Source: Mobula hypostoma
Lineage: Eukaryota
Assembly: GCF_963921235.1 (NCBI RefSeq)
Contig: NC_086101.1
Location: 20,956,001 to 21,020,000, forward strand
Direction: 5' to 3'
DNA length: 64,000 bases
Position 1 is the first letter of the stretch. Each line of letters begins with the position of its first letter. Both the position numbers and the translations under genes were made by a program. The notes beneath the pieces were generated by a model. That model did not search any database and was not told the origin of the DNA. It saw nothing but the letters and a program-made list of their open reading frames with translations. Below are positions 12,655-25,890 of this stretch, piece after piece.

Positions 12655-14235
12655 GTAGGAATTCAATGTCCATTCAGAAATTAGATGGCAGAGGGAACAA
12701 TGCTGTTCCTGAGTCATTGAGTGCGTGCCTTCAGGCTTCTGTACTTCCTTCCTGATGATAACAATAAGAAGAGGGAATGTCCTAGGTGGTGGAGCCCTCA
12801 GTGATCAATGCCGCCTTTCTGAGGCTCTGCTCCTTAAAGACGTCTTGGGTACCATGGAGGCTAGTGCTCATGATGTAGCTGACTAATTCTACAACTCTAT
12901 GCAGATTACTTTAATCCACTGTACTACCATTCCACCCCACATACCAGACGGTGATACAGCCAGTTAGAAGGCTCTCCACAGTGCATCTGTAGAAATTTTT
13001 GAATGTTTTAGGTGATCCATCAAATCTTTCAATCTCCTTCTTTATAGATGCATCAATATGTTGGGGCCAGGTAAGTAACTCAGAGATACTGACACACAGG
13101 AGCTTGAAATTGTTCACTCACTCCACTTCTGATTTCTCTATGAGAGCTGGAGTGTGTTCCCTCGTCTTACCCTTTCTGAAGTCTACGATCAGCTCTTTGG
13201 TCTTACTGATGTTGAGTGCTAAGTTGTTGTGGCACCACAACTCATCCAGCTAGTATATCTCTCTCCTGTACACCCTCTCATCATAAACTGAGTTTCTTCC
13301 AACAATGGTTACATTATCAACAAATTTATAGATGGCATTTGAGCTGCTCATAGGCACTCTGTCATGTGTGTAGAGAGAGTAGAGCAGTGGACTAAGCACA
13401 CATCCCTGAGGCATGCGAGAAGAGATGTTATTTCCAATCTGTACAGACTGTGGTCTTCCTGTTAGGAAGTTGAGGATTCATTTACAGAGGGAGGTACAGA
13501 GGACAGGGATATCGACTATTCTCATCAAGACTGGAGGAATAGTAGTCTTAAGTGCTAAGCTGTAGTCAATAAACAGCATCCTGGCATAGGTATTTGTATT
13601 GTCCAGGTGATCCAAGACCATGTGGAGAGCCAATGAGATTGTGTCCACTGTAGACTATTGTGGTGATAGGAAAATCTCAGTCATTCCAGGTCCTTGCTGA
13701 GGCAGGAGATCATGCGACCATGAGTAACTTCTCAAAGCACTTCACCACCATAGATGTGAGCACTACTGGATGACAGTCATTAAGGCAACTTACACTGTTC
13801 TTCTTTGGCAATTGTTGTGCTTTCAATGTTGTTGGGAACTTTGGACTCTAATAACAAAAGATTGAAAATGTCTTTGAACACACCGACAGTTGGTTGGCAC
13901 AGGTTTTCCGAACCTTACCAGTTACTCCATGGGAGTCTGCTGCTTTGGGATGGTTCACCTTCCTGAAACACAGCCTGATGTCTGCCTCCGAGATAGAGTT
14001 CACAGGGTCACCGGGTGCTGCAGGGCTCCTCATACCTGTACTCTCCCTGTCAAAATCAGCATAAAAGGCATTGAGCTCATGTGGGAGTGAAACATCACAG
14101 CCGTTCATGATGTTGGGTTTCGCTTTGTAGGAAGTAACAGACTGCAAACCCTGTTAGATTTCACGTGTATCTGATGTTGCTTCGAACCTCACTCAGAATG
14201 GTTCCTTAGCTCTTGAAATAGTGTCTATAAGTTTA
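12655..14235 (-). mobile_element. Degenerate Rex1/Babar-like LINE RT region
   Basis: Fragments FYRCTVESLLTGCITVWY (12911-13117) and SLPHELNAFYADFDRE...KAADSHGV (13848-14147). Confidence 0.75.
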
Positions 14236-14437
14236 GAAACAGGGGAGGCAACAATTACAATTCAAAGGGTTGGGACTGTGATGGATGGAGAGACATGATT
14301 GCCCATGCTGAACGGCAAGGCACCTGAATGAATGACGTCATACCAGGTATATTTGTACAGATATTTGTCACCAGACTTGAATGCCACAGATCTAGCTCTC
14401 AGCCGACTATGAATATTCTGGTTCATCCATGGCTTTT

Positions 14438-14572
14438 GATCTGAACTGGATCTTACAACTGGAGAGCCATGTTACTCAGAACCAAACTAAAATGATTTGC
14501 ATTGCTGCATCACATCAGAACGTCCACTTCTTTATGAAGCACGTTGATGAAATGAATCAGCAAATGATGAAC
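14438..14572 (+). repeat. Left arm of a diverged ~135-bp inverted repeat (partner 15162-15292)
   Basis: Aligns to the reverse complement of 15162-15292 at roughly 78% by hand, with one 4-nt indel. Confidence 0.8.
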
Positions 14573-15161
14573 AGTAGTTGTTGCGATGTTCTGATGCAAG
14601 ATTTCTGCCTGAACTATTTGCATTTCTCTTACCTGCATTGGTGCTGTTCACTGTTTGAATTTTGCCAATAAATTAACTGTTCCTCCAGATTCCAAGATCT
14701 GCAGGCTCTTGTGTCGCCATTGTTCGAACAGAACCCCTTTGACACCACGAATAAATATTTAATCCTCAATATTCTCATCACAGTGTTTTGGTGACACAGC
14801 AGGTTTCAACCCTAAGCTTTCACATAACAAGCCAGTTCTATAAGTTTGAGAAATTTTAGGCAACGTGGGTTGACCACAAGATTGAAATTTCACAATCCAT
14901 TGCCCATCCATTGACAGATCTTTTCACTCACTCCTACGCAGGCTCCTCGTGTTACCATTAAAGAATAGGGTTAGGATCAACAAATGTTAGTTATAATTAT
15001 CTGCACAACCGTTGGCACCACCTTCATTCATTGACTGAACACTTTACAACCCACAACCTTTAAGAAATATAAGCCGCATATAATTTCTGCTGTTTTCAAA
15101 GCTGATGTGAACATTTATGTCTTCGCCTCCACACTGTTGTGCAGGGTTTGTTCATAGACCC

Positions 15162-15292
15162 GCTCATCATTTGCTGACCCATGTAGTCAACATGCTTCAG
15201 AAAGAAGGGGACATTCCAATGTGACGCAGTAATGTCAATTGTTTTAGTTTGGTACTGAGTCACGTTTCTTTCCAGTAGATCCAGTTCAGACC
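15162..15292 (-). repeat. Right arm of the diverged inverted repeat
   Basis: The ORF track shows the homology: VTQYQTKTIDITASHWNVPFFLKHVDYMGQQMM vs VTQNQTKMICIAASHQNVHFFMKHVDEMNQQMM. Confidence 0.8.
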
Positions 15293-15611
15293 AGCCTGCA
15301 ACAGGAAAACGAGAATTTACCTTGATGGTCTGTGGAGGGGTAAACTCAGGAATCCCAACAATGCAGATAAAATCCCTACAGGTGCCTGAAAATGGAAAGT
15401 CAAAATGGCATTGAGATGTACCACACATGTGGACTCATTAACCTTATTCATGTTAAATACAAAGCATTTGTGAATAAGTATTCAACTGCAAAATACATTT
15501 CACAAAACGGCTTCGAGTTGATAATTATAGACTATGATAATCTATCAATATAGACCCAAGTGACAGAGCACAGATCAAATGGTGTAAGTCACTGTGTCAT
15601 GGCTGAAAGAT

Positions 15612-16190
15612 TATGATTATGATTATGAAGACACGTAGTCCTCTTTTATTGTCAGTCAGTAATGCATGCATTAAGAAATGATACATTATTTCCTCCGGTG
15701 TGATATCGCAAAACACAAGACAGACCAAGACTGAAAAAACTGACAAAACCACATAATTATAACGTATAGTTACAAACAGTGTAACAATACCATAACTTGA
15801 TGAAGAAGTCCGTGATCACAGTAAAGTTCAAAGTTTCTCAAATGCCCCACATCTCACGCAGACGGGAGAAGGAAGAAAAACTCTCCCTGCCATGCCGACC
15901 ACAATCCGACTCTGAGTCATCCGAAAACTTCGAGCTCTCCGACACCGAGTACTGAGCGCCATCTCTGTCCAAACGATTCAACCTCTTTCTCGGTCGCCAA
16001 AAGCAGGCAAGGCCGGGGATTTTGAGGCCTACCCTCTGAAAGATTCCCGACCGCGCAGTAACGACAGCAGCGAATGGGCGTTTCCTCCAGATGTTCCTCT
16101 GTGCTTTCACGTCCATTCTCCATCAAATCAGAATTGTCCACGGCCCCTAATTAACAGATACGATATCATTTTTCATCGGAGGGCTGTGCA
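15612..16190 (-). mobile_element. Non-autonomous retroelement with a short-tandem-repeat tail; similar elements at about 24110-24400, 32450-32880, 43610-44110
   Basis: (ATGATT)n tail, AT-rich 3' part and CpG-rich head, no ORF homology. The 32450 and 43610 copies share sequence (cccaaagaatgaatgacag). Confidence 0.5.
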
Positions 16191-16579
16191 TAGATCATAG
16201 TTGGGAGATTAACATCAAAGGATATATTTGTATCAAAAGGACAGGCAGGAAGGCAGAGGCGGTGGTGTCGTTCTGTTGGTAAGAGATGGAATTACATCTT
16301 TAGAAAGAGGTAACATACGGTCGGAGAATGTTGAATCTTCATGGATGGAGTTACAAAATTCAAGGGTTAAAAAAACATTATGGGAAACATATGTGGTCCT
16401 CCAACGGTGGGGCTGAGATTGCAAAGGGAGCTGGAAAAGGCATGTAATAAGGGTAATGTCACAATGATAATGAGGAACTTCAATATGCCAGGGGATTGGG
16501 AAAATTGGGTTGGTGTCAGATGGTAAGAGAGGGAATTTGCTGAATGCCTGTGAGATGGCTTTTTAGAGCAGCTTGTGTC

Positions 16580-19500
16580 AGAGTGGGGAAAGCGAAGGTG
16601 AGCAGACAGGTAGTGCAGAGCACCCCTGTAGCCATTCCCCTGAATAATAAGTTTACCATCCTGGATACCGTTGGCGGGGACGACCAACCAGGTGTGAGCC
16701 ACGGTGGCAGGGTCTCTGGCACTGACTCTGACCCTGTGGTGCAGAGGGGTGGGACAGAGAAGAGGAGAGCTGTCGTCATTGGAGACTCTATAGTCAGGGG
16801 AGCAGACAGGAGATTTTGTGGATGTGAGAAGGACACCCACATGGTTTGTTGCCTGCTGGCTGCCAGGGTCCAGGATGTCTCTGACCGGGTGCACGACATC
16901 CTGGTATGAGAGGGAAAGCAACCAGAAGTCATGATACATGTTGGGACCAATGACATAGGCAGGAAGAGGGATGAGGTCCTGAAGTGTGAGTTTCGGGAAT
17001 TAGGCAGAAGGCTGAAGAACAGGACCTCAAGGGTGACGTTCTCAGGATTGCTGCCAGTGCTACGTGACAGAGATGGTAAGAATTGGAGGAGATGGCAGTT
17101 GAATGCGTGGCTGAGGAGTTGGTGCAGGAGGCAGGGTTTTAGATCTTTGGATCATTGGGATCTCTTCTGGGGAAGGTGGGACCTGTACAGATTGGATGGG
17201 TTGCACCTGAACTCGAGGGGGAGCAATATCCTTGCAGGTAGGTTTGCTAGCATGGTTCAGGAGTGTTTAAACTAATTTGAGAGGGGCATGGGACCCAGAG
17301 CGATAGAGCAGTGAAAGAAGTGCATGGAGTAAAGCCAGATCTAACATACAGAGAGGCTTTGAGGAAAGAGAAGCAGAATAAATGGTGTAAAGACAGTAAG
17401 GTAGAAGGGCTGAAATGTGTGTACCTCAATGCAAGAAGCAGCAGAAATAAAGGTGATGAACTGAGAGCTTGGATACATACATGGAATTATGATGTAGCGG
17501 CCATTACAGAGACTTGGCTGGCACCAGGGCAGGGATGGATTCTCAATATCCCTGGATTTCAGTGCTTTAAAAGGGATAGAGAGGGCAGAAAAAGGGGAGG
17601 AGGGGTGGCATTACTGGTCAGGGATACTATTACAGCTACAGAAAGGGTGGGTAATGTAGCAGGATCCTCTTTTGAGTCAATATGGGTGGAAGTCAGGAAC
17701 AGGAAGGGAGCAGTTTCTCTACTGGGGTATTCTATAGGCCCCCTGGTAGCAGCAGAGATACAGAGGAGCAGATTGGGAGGCAGATTTTGGAAAGGTGCAA
17801 AAATAACAAGGTTGTTATCATGGGTGACTTTAACTTCCCTAATATTGATTGGCACCTGATTAGTTCCAAGGGTTTAGATGGGGCAGAATTTGTTAAGTGT
17901 GTCCAGGATGGATGCCTGTCACAGTATGTGGACAGGCCAATCAGGAGGAATGCCATACTAGATCTAGTACTAGGTAATGAACCGGGGCAGGTCACAGATC
18001 TCTCAGTGGGTGAGCATCTGGGGGACAGTGACTACCGCTCCCTGGCCTTTATAACTATCATGGAAAAGGGTAGAATCAAAGAGGACAGGAAAATTTTTAA
18101 TTGGGGAAGGGCAAATTATGAGGCTATAAGGCTAGAACTTGCGGGTGTGAGTTGGGATGATGTTTTTGCAGGGAAATGTACTATGGACATGTGGTCGATG
18201 TTTAGAGATCTCTTGCGGGATGTAAGGGAAAAATTTGTCCCGGTGAGGAAGATAAAGAATGGTAGGGTGAAGGAACCATGGGTGACAAGTGAGGTGGAAA
18301 ATCTAGTCAGGTGGAAGAAGGCAGCATACATGAGGTTTAGGAAGCAAGGATCAGATGGGTCTATTGAGGAATATAGGGAAGCAAGAAAGGAGCTTAAGAA
18401 GGGGCTGAGAAGAGCAAGAAGGGGGCATGAGAAGGCCTTGGCGAGTAGGGTAAAGGAAAACCCCAAGGCATTCTTCAGTTATGTGAAGAAAAAAAGGATG
18501 ACAGGAGTGAAGGTAGGACCGATTAGAGATAAAGGTGGGAAGATGTGCCTGGAGGCTGTGGAAGTGAGCGAGGTCCTCAATGAATACTTCTCTTCGGTAT
18601 TCACCAATGAGAGGGAACTTGATGATGGTGAGGACAATATGAGTGAGGTTGATGTTCTGGAGCATGTTGATATTAAGGGAGAGGAGGTGTTGGAGTTGTT
18701 AAAATACATTAGGACAGATAAGTCCCCAGGGCCTGACGGAATATTCCCCAGGCTGCTCCACGAGGCGAGAGAAGAGATTGCTGAGCCTCTGGCTAGGATC
18801 TTTATGTCCTCGTTGTCCACAGGAATGGTACCGGAGGATTGGAGGGAGGCGAATGTTGTTCCCTTATTCAAAAAAGGTAGTAGGGATAAGCCGGGTAATT
18901 ATAGACCAGTGAGCCTTATGTCTGTGGTGGGAAAGCTGTTGGAAAAGATTTTTAGAGATAGGATCTATAGGCATTTAGAGAATCATGGTCTGATCAGGGA
19001 CAGTCAGCATGGCTTTGTGAAGGGCAGATTGTGTCTAACAAGCCTGATAGAGTTCTTTGAGGGGGTGACCATGCATATAGATGAGGGTAGTGCAGTGGAT
19101 GTGATCTATATTGATTTTAGTAAGGCATTTGACAAGGTTCCACACGGTAGGCTTATTCAGAAAGTTAGAAGGCATGGGATCCAGGGAAGTTTGGCCAGGT
19201 GGATTCAGAATTGGCTCACCTGCAGAAGGCAGAGGGTCGTGGTGGAGGGAGTACATTCAGATTGGAGGATTGTGACTAGTGATGTCCCACAAGGATCTGT
19301 TCTGGGACCTCTACTTTTCGTGATTTTTATTAACGACCTGGATGTGGGGGTAGAAGGGTGGGTTGGCAAGTTTGCAGACGACACAAAGGTTGGTGGTGTT
19401 GTAGATAGTGTAGAGGATTGTCAAAGATTGCAGAAAGACATTGATAGGATGCAGAAGTGGGCTGAGAAGTGGCAGATGGAGTTCAACCTGGAGAAGTGTG

Positions 19501-20225
19501 AGGTGGTACACTTTGGAAGGACAAACTTCAAGGCAGAGTACAAAGTAAATGGAAGGATACTTGGTAATGTGGAGGAGCAGAGGGATCTCGGGGTATATGT
19601 CCACAGATCCCTGAAAGTTGCCTCACAGGTGCATAGGGTAGTTAAGAAAGCTTATGGGGTGTTAGAGTCGTGATGTAATGATGCAGCGCTATAAAACTCT
19701 GGTTAGGCCACACTTGAAGTACTGTGTCCAGTTCTGATCACCTCACTATGGGAAGGATGTGGAAGCATTGGAAAGGGTACAGAGGAGATTTACCAGGATG
19801 CTGCCTGGTTTAGAGAGTATGCATTATGATCAGAGATTAAGGGAGCTAGGGCTTTACTCTTTGGAGAGAAGGAGGATGAGAGGAGACATGATAGAGGTGT
19901 ACAAGATAATAAGAGGAATAGATAGAGTGGATAGCCAGCGCCTCTTCCCCAGGGCACCACTGCTCAATACAAGAGGACATAGCTTTAAGGTAAGGGGTGG
20001 GAAGTTCAAGGGGAATATTAGAGGCAGGTTTTTCACTCAGAGAGTGGTTGGTGCGTGGAATGCACTGCCTGAGTCAGTGGTGGAGGCAGATACACTAGTG
20101 AAGTTTAAGAGACTACTAGACAGGTATATGGAGGAATCTAAGGTGGGGGCTTATATGGGAGGCTGGGTTTGAGGGTCGGCACAACATTGTGGGCTGAAGG
20201 GCCTGTATTGTGCTGTACTATTCTA
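16580..20225 (+). mobile_element. Near-full-length CR1 LINE: ORF1 SGNH esterase (16580-17275) and ORF2 APE+RT (17311-20172), inactivated
   Basis: GDSIVRG...HVGTND...DGLHLN esterase; YLNARS...AITETW and MGDFN APE motifs; KFADDTK RT. Frameshift near 17725, short deletion near 19660. Tail tgtgctgtactattctat. Confidence 0.95.
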
Positions 20226-22087
20226 TAAGCCTACTCGGGCAAAGGCTATTTAAGATTGGGTGTTGTATAATAACCCAGATCTTATTTGGGAGCCTAACGT
20301 GAAGGAAGCCTAAGGAGCAGTGATGATAATATGATTGAAATCACACTACAGTACAATTCGAAAGGGAGAAGAATAAGTCTCATGTATCAGTATCACAATG
20401 GAATAAAGGAAGTTACAGAGCCATGAGAGAGAAACTTGCTAAGGTGGATTGGAGCAGGATACTGGTGGGAATCAGGGCAGAGTAGAGAAGGCTGACGTTT
20501 CTGGAAATATTTCACAAGGTGCAGGATAGATATGTCCCACCGAGGAAGAAGTTCTCAAATGGCAGGGGTAGGCAACCGTGGCTGGCAAGGGAAGTTAAGG
20601 ACTGCATAAAAGTGAAAGAAACAGCAAATAAGGTAGCGAAAGTGAGTGGGAAGTTGGATAATTGGGAAGTTTTTAGAATCCAACAAAAGGCACCTTAAAA
20701 ATCTATAAAAAGGGAAAAGGTGAAATATGAGGGCCAATAATATGAAGGTTTTTCAGTTAAAAGGGAGGTGAGAGTTGATATTGATCCACTGGAAAATGAT
20801 GCTGGTGAGGTAGTAAAGGCGGACAAAGAAATGACAGATGAACTTATTGAGTACTTTGCATCAGTCTTCATTGTGGAGGACACTAGCAGTATGCCAGAGG
20901 TCGTGAGTGTCAGGGAACGGGAGTGTGTGCCATTGCGATTACAAAGGAATATGTGCGAGGCAAACTTAAAGGTCTAAAGGTCGATGTCAGCTCGATCAGG
21001 TGGACTACACACCAGAGACCTGAGAGAGGTTGCTGAAGAGATAACGGATGCATCGGTCATGATCTTTCAAGAATTACTTGATTCTGGTGGGGTCATGTAG
21101 TACTGGAAAATTGCAAATGTTACTCCACTCTTTAAGAAGGGAGGAAGGCAAAAGAAATAACCTCAGTGGTTGGGAAAGTGTTGGAGTGTATTATTAAGGA
21201 TGAGTTTTCAGGGTACTTGGAGACTAATGATAAAATAAGTGGAAGTCTGTATGGTTTCTGTGGAGGAAATTCTTGCCTGACAAATCTGCTATAGTTCATC
21301 GAGGAGGTAACAAGCAGAGTGGACAAAGGAGAGTCAGTGATGTCAGTTCTTCAGATTTTTAGAAGGTATTTGATAAGGTGCCACACATGAGTCTGCTCAG
21401 CAAAATTAACTCCTGTGGCATTACAGGAAAGATACTGGCAATGACAGAATAATGGCAGACAGGCAGAAGGCAGTGAGTGGCTGCCAGTGACTCGTGGTGT
21501 TCCCCGGAGGTCAGTATTGAGACCACTACTTTTTACATTGTTTTTCAATGATTTAGCTAATGGAATTGATGGCTTTGTGGCAAGGTTTGTGGATGACACT
21601 AAGATAGGCAGAGGGGTAGGTGGTACTGAGGAAGCAATACAATTGCAGCCGGACTTAGATAAATTGAAAGAATGGGCAAAAAAGTGGCAGATAGAATGGA
21701 GTGATGGGTATGATAACGCATTTTGGTAAAAGGAACAGTAGTGCAGCTTATTGCCTAAATTGGGAGAAAATTCCAACATCAGAGGGACAGAAGTACTTCG
21801 GAGTCCTTGTGTAAGACTCCCAGAGTGTTAATTTACAGGTTGAGTCTGCGGTAAACAGGACAAATGCAATGTTACCATTTATTTCAAGGAGAATAGAATA
21901 TAAAAGCAAGGGTTGAGGCTTTATAAGACACAAGTCAGGCTGCACTTGGAGTATTTGTTATTGAGTAGCTCGCTGAGCTGGCTTGTTAGCTTGCAGACGT
22001 TTTGTTACCCAGCCAGGCAACATCATCAGTGCTACCTCGAATGCAATGTAAGTGATCTACATTGTACGTGCTTTATGGGTCCTGTGA

Positions 22088-22091
<4 letters not shown>

Positions 22092-22125
<34 letters not shown>
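22092..22125. repeat. (TG)n microsatellite
   Basis: About 17 uninterrupted TG units. Confidence 0.95.
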
Positions 22126-22127
<2 letters not shown>

Positions 22128-23539
22128 CGCCGCCATTGCTATTGGTTACTGATTGTGTAATCCGCGATTGGTTCATTAAGGAGCCAGTCTAAGGTGTGGC
22201 ATCCTCAACCCTTGCTACAAATCTTTTCCAACAACTTGGAGTATTTTCAACAGTTTTGGGTCCTATATCTAAGAAAATATGTGTTGTCATTGGAGAGATT
22301 TCAGAGGACGATCACGAAGATGATTCCAGGAATTAGGGGGTTAACATATGAGGAGTGTTTGGCAACTTTGGGCCTGAATGTACCAGAATTTAGAAGAATG
22401 CGTGGGGATTTCATTGAAACCTACCGAATGTTGAAAGGACTAGATAAGGTGGATGTGGGGGTATCCAAAACTAGAGGGCACAACCTCAAAATTGATGGGC
22501 GAATTTATAGGACGGGGTAAGAAAGATTTTTTTTTAGCACGAGAGTAATGAATCTGTGGAATGCTCTGCCACAGACTGTGGCGGAGGCCACGTCGGTGGG
22601 TGTATTTAAGGTGGAAGCTGATTGTTTCCTGATTTGTCAGGGCATTAAAGCCTATGGCGAGAAGGCAGGTGTATGGGGTTGATTGGAATCAGGCATCAGC
22701 CATGATTGAATGGCAGAGAGGCTCGATGGCCTGAATGGTCTAATTCTGCTCCTATAACTTACTATCTAAGTCTGGTTGAAATAACAGAGGTATACAAAAA
22801 AAAGATGACGTATTTGCAAGATAAAATAATTATAAAATGCACGCGACAAGAATTAATTCATCATCAATTATTCTGGGTTGCATTTAACCGATAACATTGC
22901 ACCGCAATAAAGGAGTTCAAATTGAAACTTACTATTTTACATTGTAATTAAACGGGATCAGACTCCGATCAGAGACTTGAGATTTTCATTTACAAGTTTC
23001 GAATATGAATAATGAATTCAGATTGCAAAATAACAGATTACAATGAAATCGGGCATTTTCTATTCCATTCAGAAGTTAGGTTGAGTTACAGTATTGCGCT
23101 TCAACAGAAGTCGCACTGTATCGGCGATATAAGACTGCATTCAAAGATGTAAATGATAAACAATGGATTTAAGTTACAATTAAGCAGCATTCAGACGTTT
23201 CTTTCACTTTACTTTTAGTGGTTTATTAGCGAAACTAAGAGGAAGGTGGAATTCAAGACCACAAACGAACGCACATACGCCTGAAAACAGATTAATATTC
23301 CTTGACCAATATTTCACTCTGCAATCTTTTGAGGGTTTCAACTACTGAACACGGCACTTCCCTTTGTCAAGTTCATGACGGTTTCCATTTCCCCTGTACA
23401 TTCAATACATATAATATAAAGCATATCTTTAAATATATTTTATAATTGGCCCACTAATCAAAAACAGATTTTACATGACATACATGCAGGAATTGTAATA
23501 AAATTAGCATGTTTTTTTCCCTCTCTCTCATTCTTGCAG

Positions 23540-23690
23540 TAGCTGCTATGTTTATCAAGGACGAACGATCAAGAATCAACTTTTTTTGACAAATTCCTGC
23601 AAATCAGGAATTTGCTGTGGTGTGTGTTAGTGTGACACAAAAAGAAACATTCGATTATAAAGAATAAATTGAAGTAAAATAATATAGTCT
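23540..23690 (+). other. Candidate terminal exon with poly(A) signal; gene unidentified
   Basis: Strong acceptor ttttttccctctctctcattcttgcag, AATAAA at 23663-23668, GT/T-rich downstream element. The phase-2 frame gives SCYVYQGRTIKNQLFLTNSCKSGICCGVC* (stop ends at 23630). Confidence 0.3.
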
Positions 23691-23769
23691 TTCGTGGTTC
23701 GTGCATAATTTATATTAATTTGCGTTTATGTTAACTGATGTTTTGTAAAGAGCTGTCCTGCAGCTACAA

Positions 23770-24070
23770 AAAGCCAGATTTCATGGCATTTATACACTGT
23801 TTAACTCCAGCATGGATGGTCCCAAGACCGGTTGTGAAAGGAGGAGAGTTGGGAATGTGGCTACCAATCCCATCCTGTAAATGCCCAGAGCTACAGAAAC
23901 GTGAATGATGCCCCAAAGATCTCATCCCTGGGATAAGAAGAATTTTCGAAGATGGATTACACCAAGGGATAACTTGAAAACCAGGCACAGGACAGAGGAC
24001 TCTGGCGAACTGCTGTCCGCGGCCTCTGTCCCAGTAGCGGCGATGGGCTCGGTAAATAAGTAAGTAAGTA
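23770..24070 (+). mobile_element. RTE-like 3' fragment with (TAAG)n tail
   Basis: ggactctggcga... RTE-type terminal region followed by taaataagtaagtaagta. Confidence 0.5.
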
Positions 24071-24774
24071 TCCGCTGTTAATAAAGTTAAACTACTTTTT
24101 TCAATTCAATTCAATACAATTCAACCATATCTGAGTACTCGTGAATACAGCCAAACGAGACAGCTTTACTCGGGTTCCAAGGTGCAAAACACAGTACTAA
24201 CAGTCACACACAGCACAAAACACACATAGCACGTATAAGATAGCAAATACATAAAAGTGTCAATAAGATACAGCCACGCAATAAAAAAGTCCAAACTCGA
24301 GCCACCCTGATCTACAGAAATCTGCAGTCACACAAAACCCTTTGTCTTCTGCCGAGCGAACACTGGGGGGCAGCACTGACTCCAGCCTGAACACCGCGCC
24401 GCACCTCCCCTATTTGCATAACTTTTTGTGCATTAATTTTACCAACGGATCAGCGCACACTCTTACAGCTCAGCTTGTGATTCATCTGTAACTAGTATGC
24501 CCAGAAAATGTTTGACAGGCTGTAACACATGGCCCAGCTCATCAATATCCATGCCAACATTTACGTGGAACAGCTCACGCCTTTCCTCATCTATCAGTGC
24601 CCAACCTTTGTAATGAGACTACAAATGCTGGAATGTGAATCGACAGACAAATCGCTGGAGGAACTCAGCATGTCACGACAAATGGAAAGTGTACCTGAAA
24701 CATCGAATATCCATTTCTGTTCACAAATGTTTCCTGACCCACTGATTTCCTCCAGCGTTTGGTCTGTCGCCTGA

Positions 24775-25890
24775 ACTAATGGAGCAGGTCAGACGGACCG
24801 TCATGCACAAGTTCCTGGACAATGGGGGCAAGAACGTCCCCAACGTCGCCCTCACTCTGATGGCCAGCTTCGTGTGTGGCTGTATCAGGTTGTGTGTAGA
24901 ACCCAGGTATGTAGGCACCAAGTACCACTATGTGCCCAGGTTCTACCTGTCGCCCTGGCTACGAAGGATGGGTCTGGCCCCACTCCCGCGCAACGCCCCA
25001 GTCAGCTGGTCGTTGCCGCCATACCTGTCCTTCGTAGAAAAGTTCTTCCAGGAGAACGCCTTTGACCACAGGGCCATCAGGCAATGGTCGGCACATAATG
25101 CCCTGCAGGCACTGCAGGAGAAGGACGAGATGGGCACAGTGGGGTGGTTCCTTGAGCAGACCGTCCAGTTCATCTGGCAAAATGCCTCATCGCCAGACCT
25201 CACCAACAGGCACCAGGACATCGCCTGGCTGGCGGTGAGAAGGGCCCTGCCAGTCAGATCCCTCCTGTACACCCGGAACGTCGCCTCCACACCCCACTGC
25301 CCACGGGAGGACTGCAGTGAGGAGGAGTCTGTGACCCACCTCTTTGCACACTGTCAGTTCGCAGAGAGGGTGTGGAGGAGGATGGACGGGCTAGTTTCAC
25401 GGTTTATCCCCAGCAGCTGCGTAACAGAGGATTCTCTGATCTACGGGCTGTTCCCGGGGACACACACGGAGACCAACATCCGGTGCTGCTGGCAGATCAT
25501 CAACTCGGTGAAGGATGCTCTTTGGTCGGCCCGAAACTTGATGATCTACCAGCACATGGAGATGTTCGTGGGAGAAAGCTGCCGACTGGCACATTCTCGG
25601 CTGCAGGAGTACGTGCGGGACGCACTGAAACTTGGTGCAGCCACCGCAAGGGCCCGGTGGGGAAGGACCACGGTATAGGTTTCTCCACCCGTGGGAGTGG
25701 GAGGGGTCGGTGGGCGAGGAGTATACCCCTCAACAATAGTGTGGTAGGGTGAACAACTGGAGTGCCACGTGGGTGGCCAAAAGTATGGATATATACAGAC
25801 CATAATGGAAACGTATGTAAAGGATGGAACGTTATTGAATGGTTTACTGTATACAATTTTATTTTCGAATAATGTATATTTTGAAATTTG
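24775..25890 (+). mobile_element. 5'-truncated L1/Tx1-clade LINE; the ORF2 C-terminal 299 aa (24779-25678) are uninterrupted
   Basis: zf-RVT-like CPREDCSEEESVTHLFAHC, terminus DALKLGAATARARWGRTTV, AT-rich 3' UTR ending in an A-run. Confidence 0.88.

Larger units (their letters stand above)
16195..22760 (+). mobile_element. Old degenerate CR1 (APE 16195-16578, resuming at 20226 to RT and 3' tail at ~22760) hosting a younger CR1
   Basis: The APE sequence ...ttttagagcagcttgtgtc continues as aagcctact...gattgggtgttg at 20226. RT fragments (RFVDDTKIG 21487-21729) and a CR1 tail near 22740. Confidence 0.8.

Noticed and set aside
17682-19673. Longest ORF (663 aa) as a host gene or active element
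   Set aside because: It is CR1 ORF2, with a frameshift at about 17725 and a deletion near 19660, so it is not intact.
24412-24419. Octamer ATTTGCAT or RSS-like heptamers suggesting an Ig/TCR locus
   Set aside because: A few octamers are expected by chance in 64 kb. No properly spaced heptamer-nonamer or antigen-receptor V segment was found.
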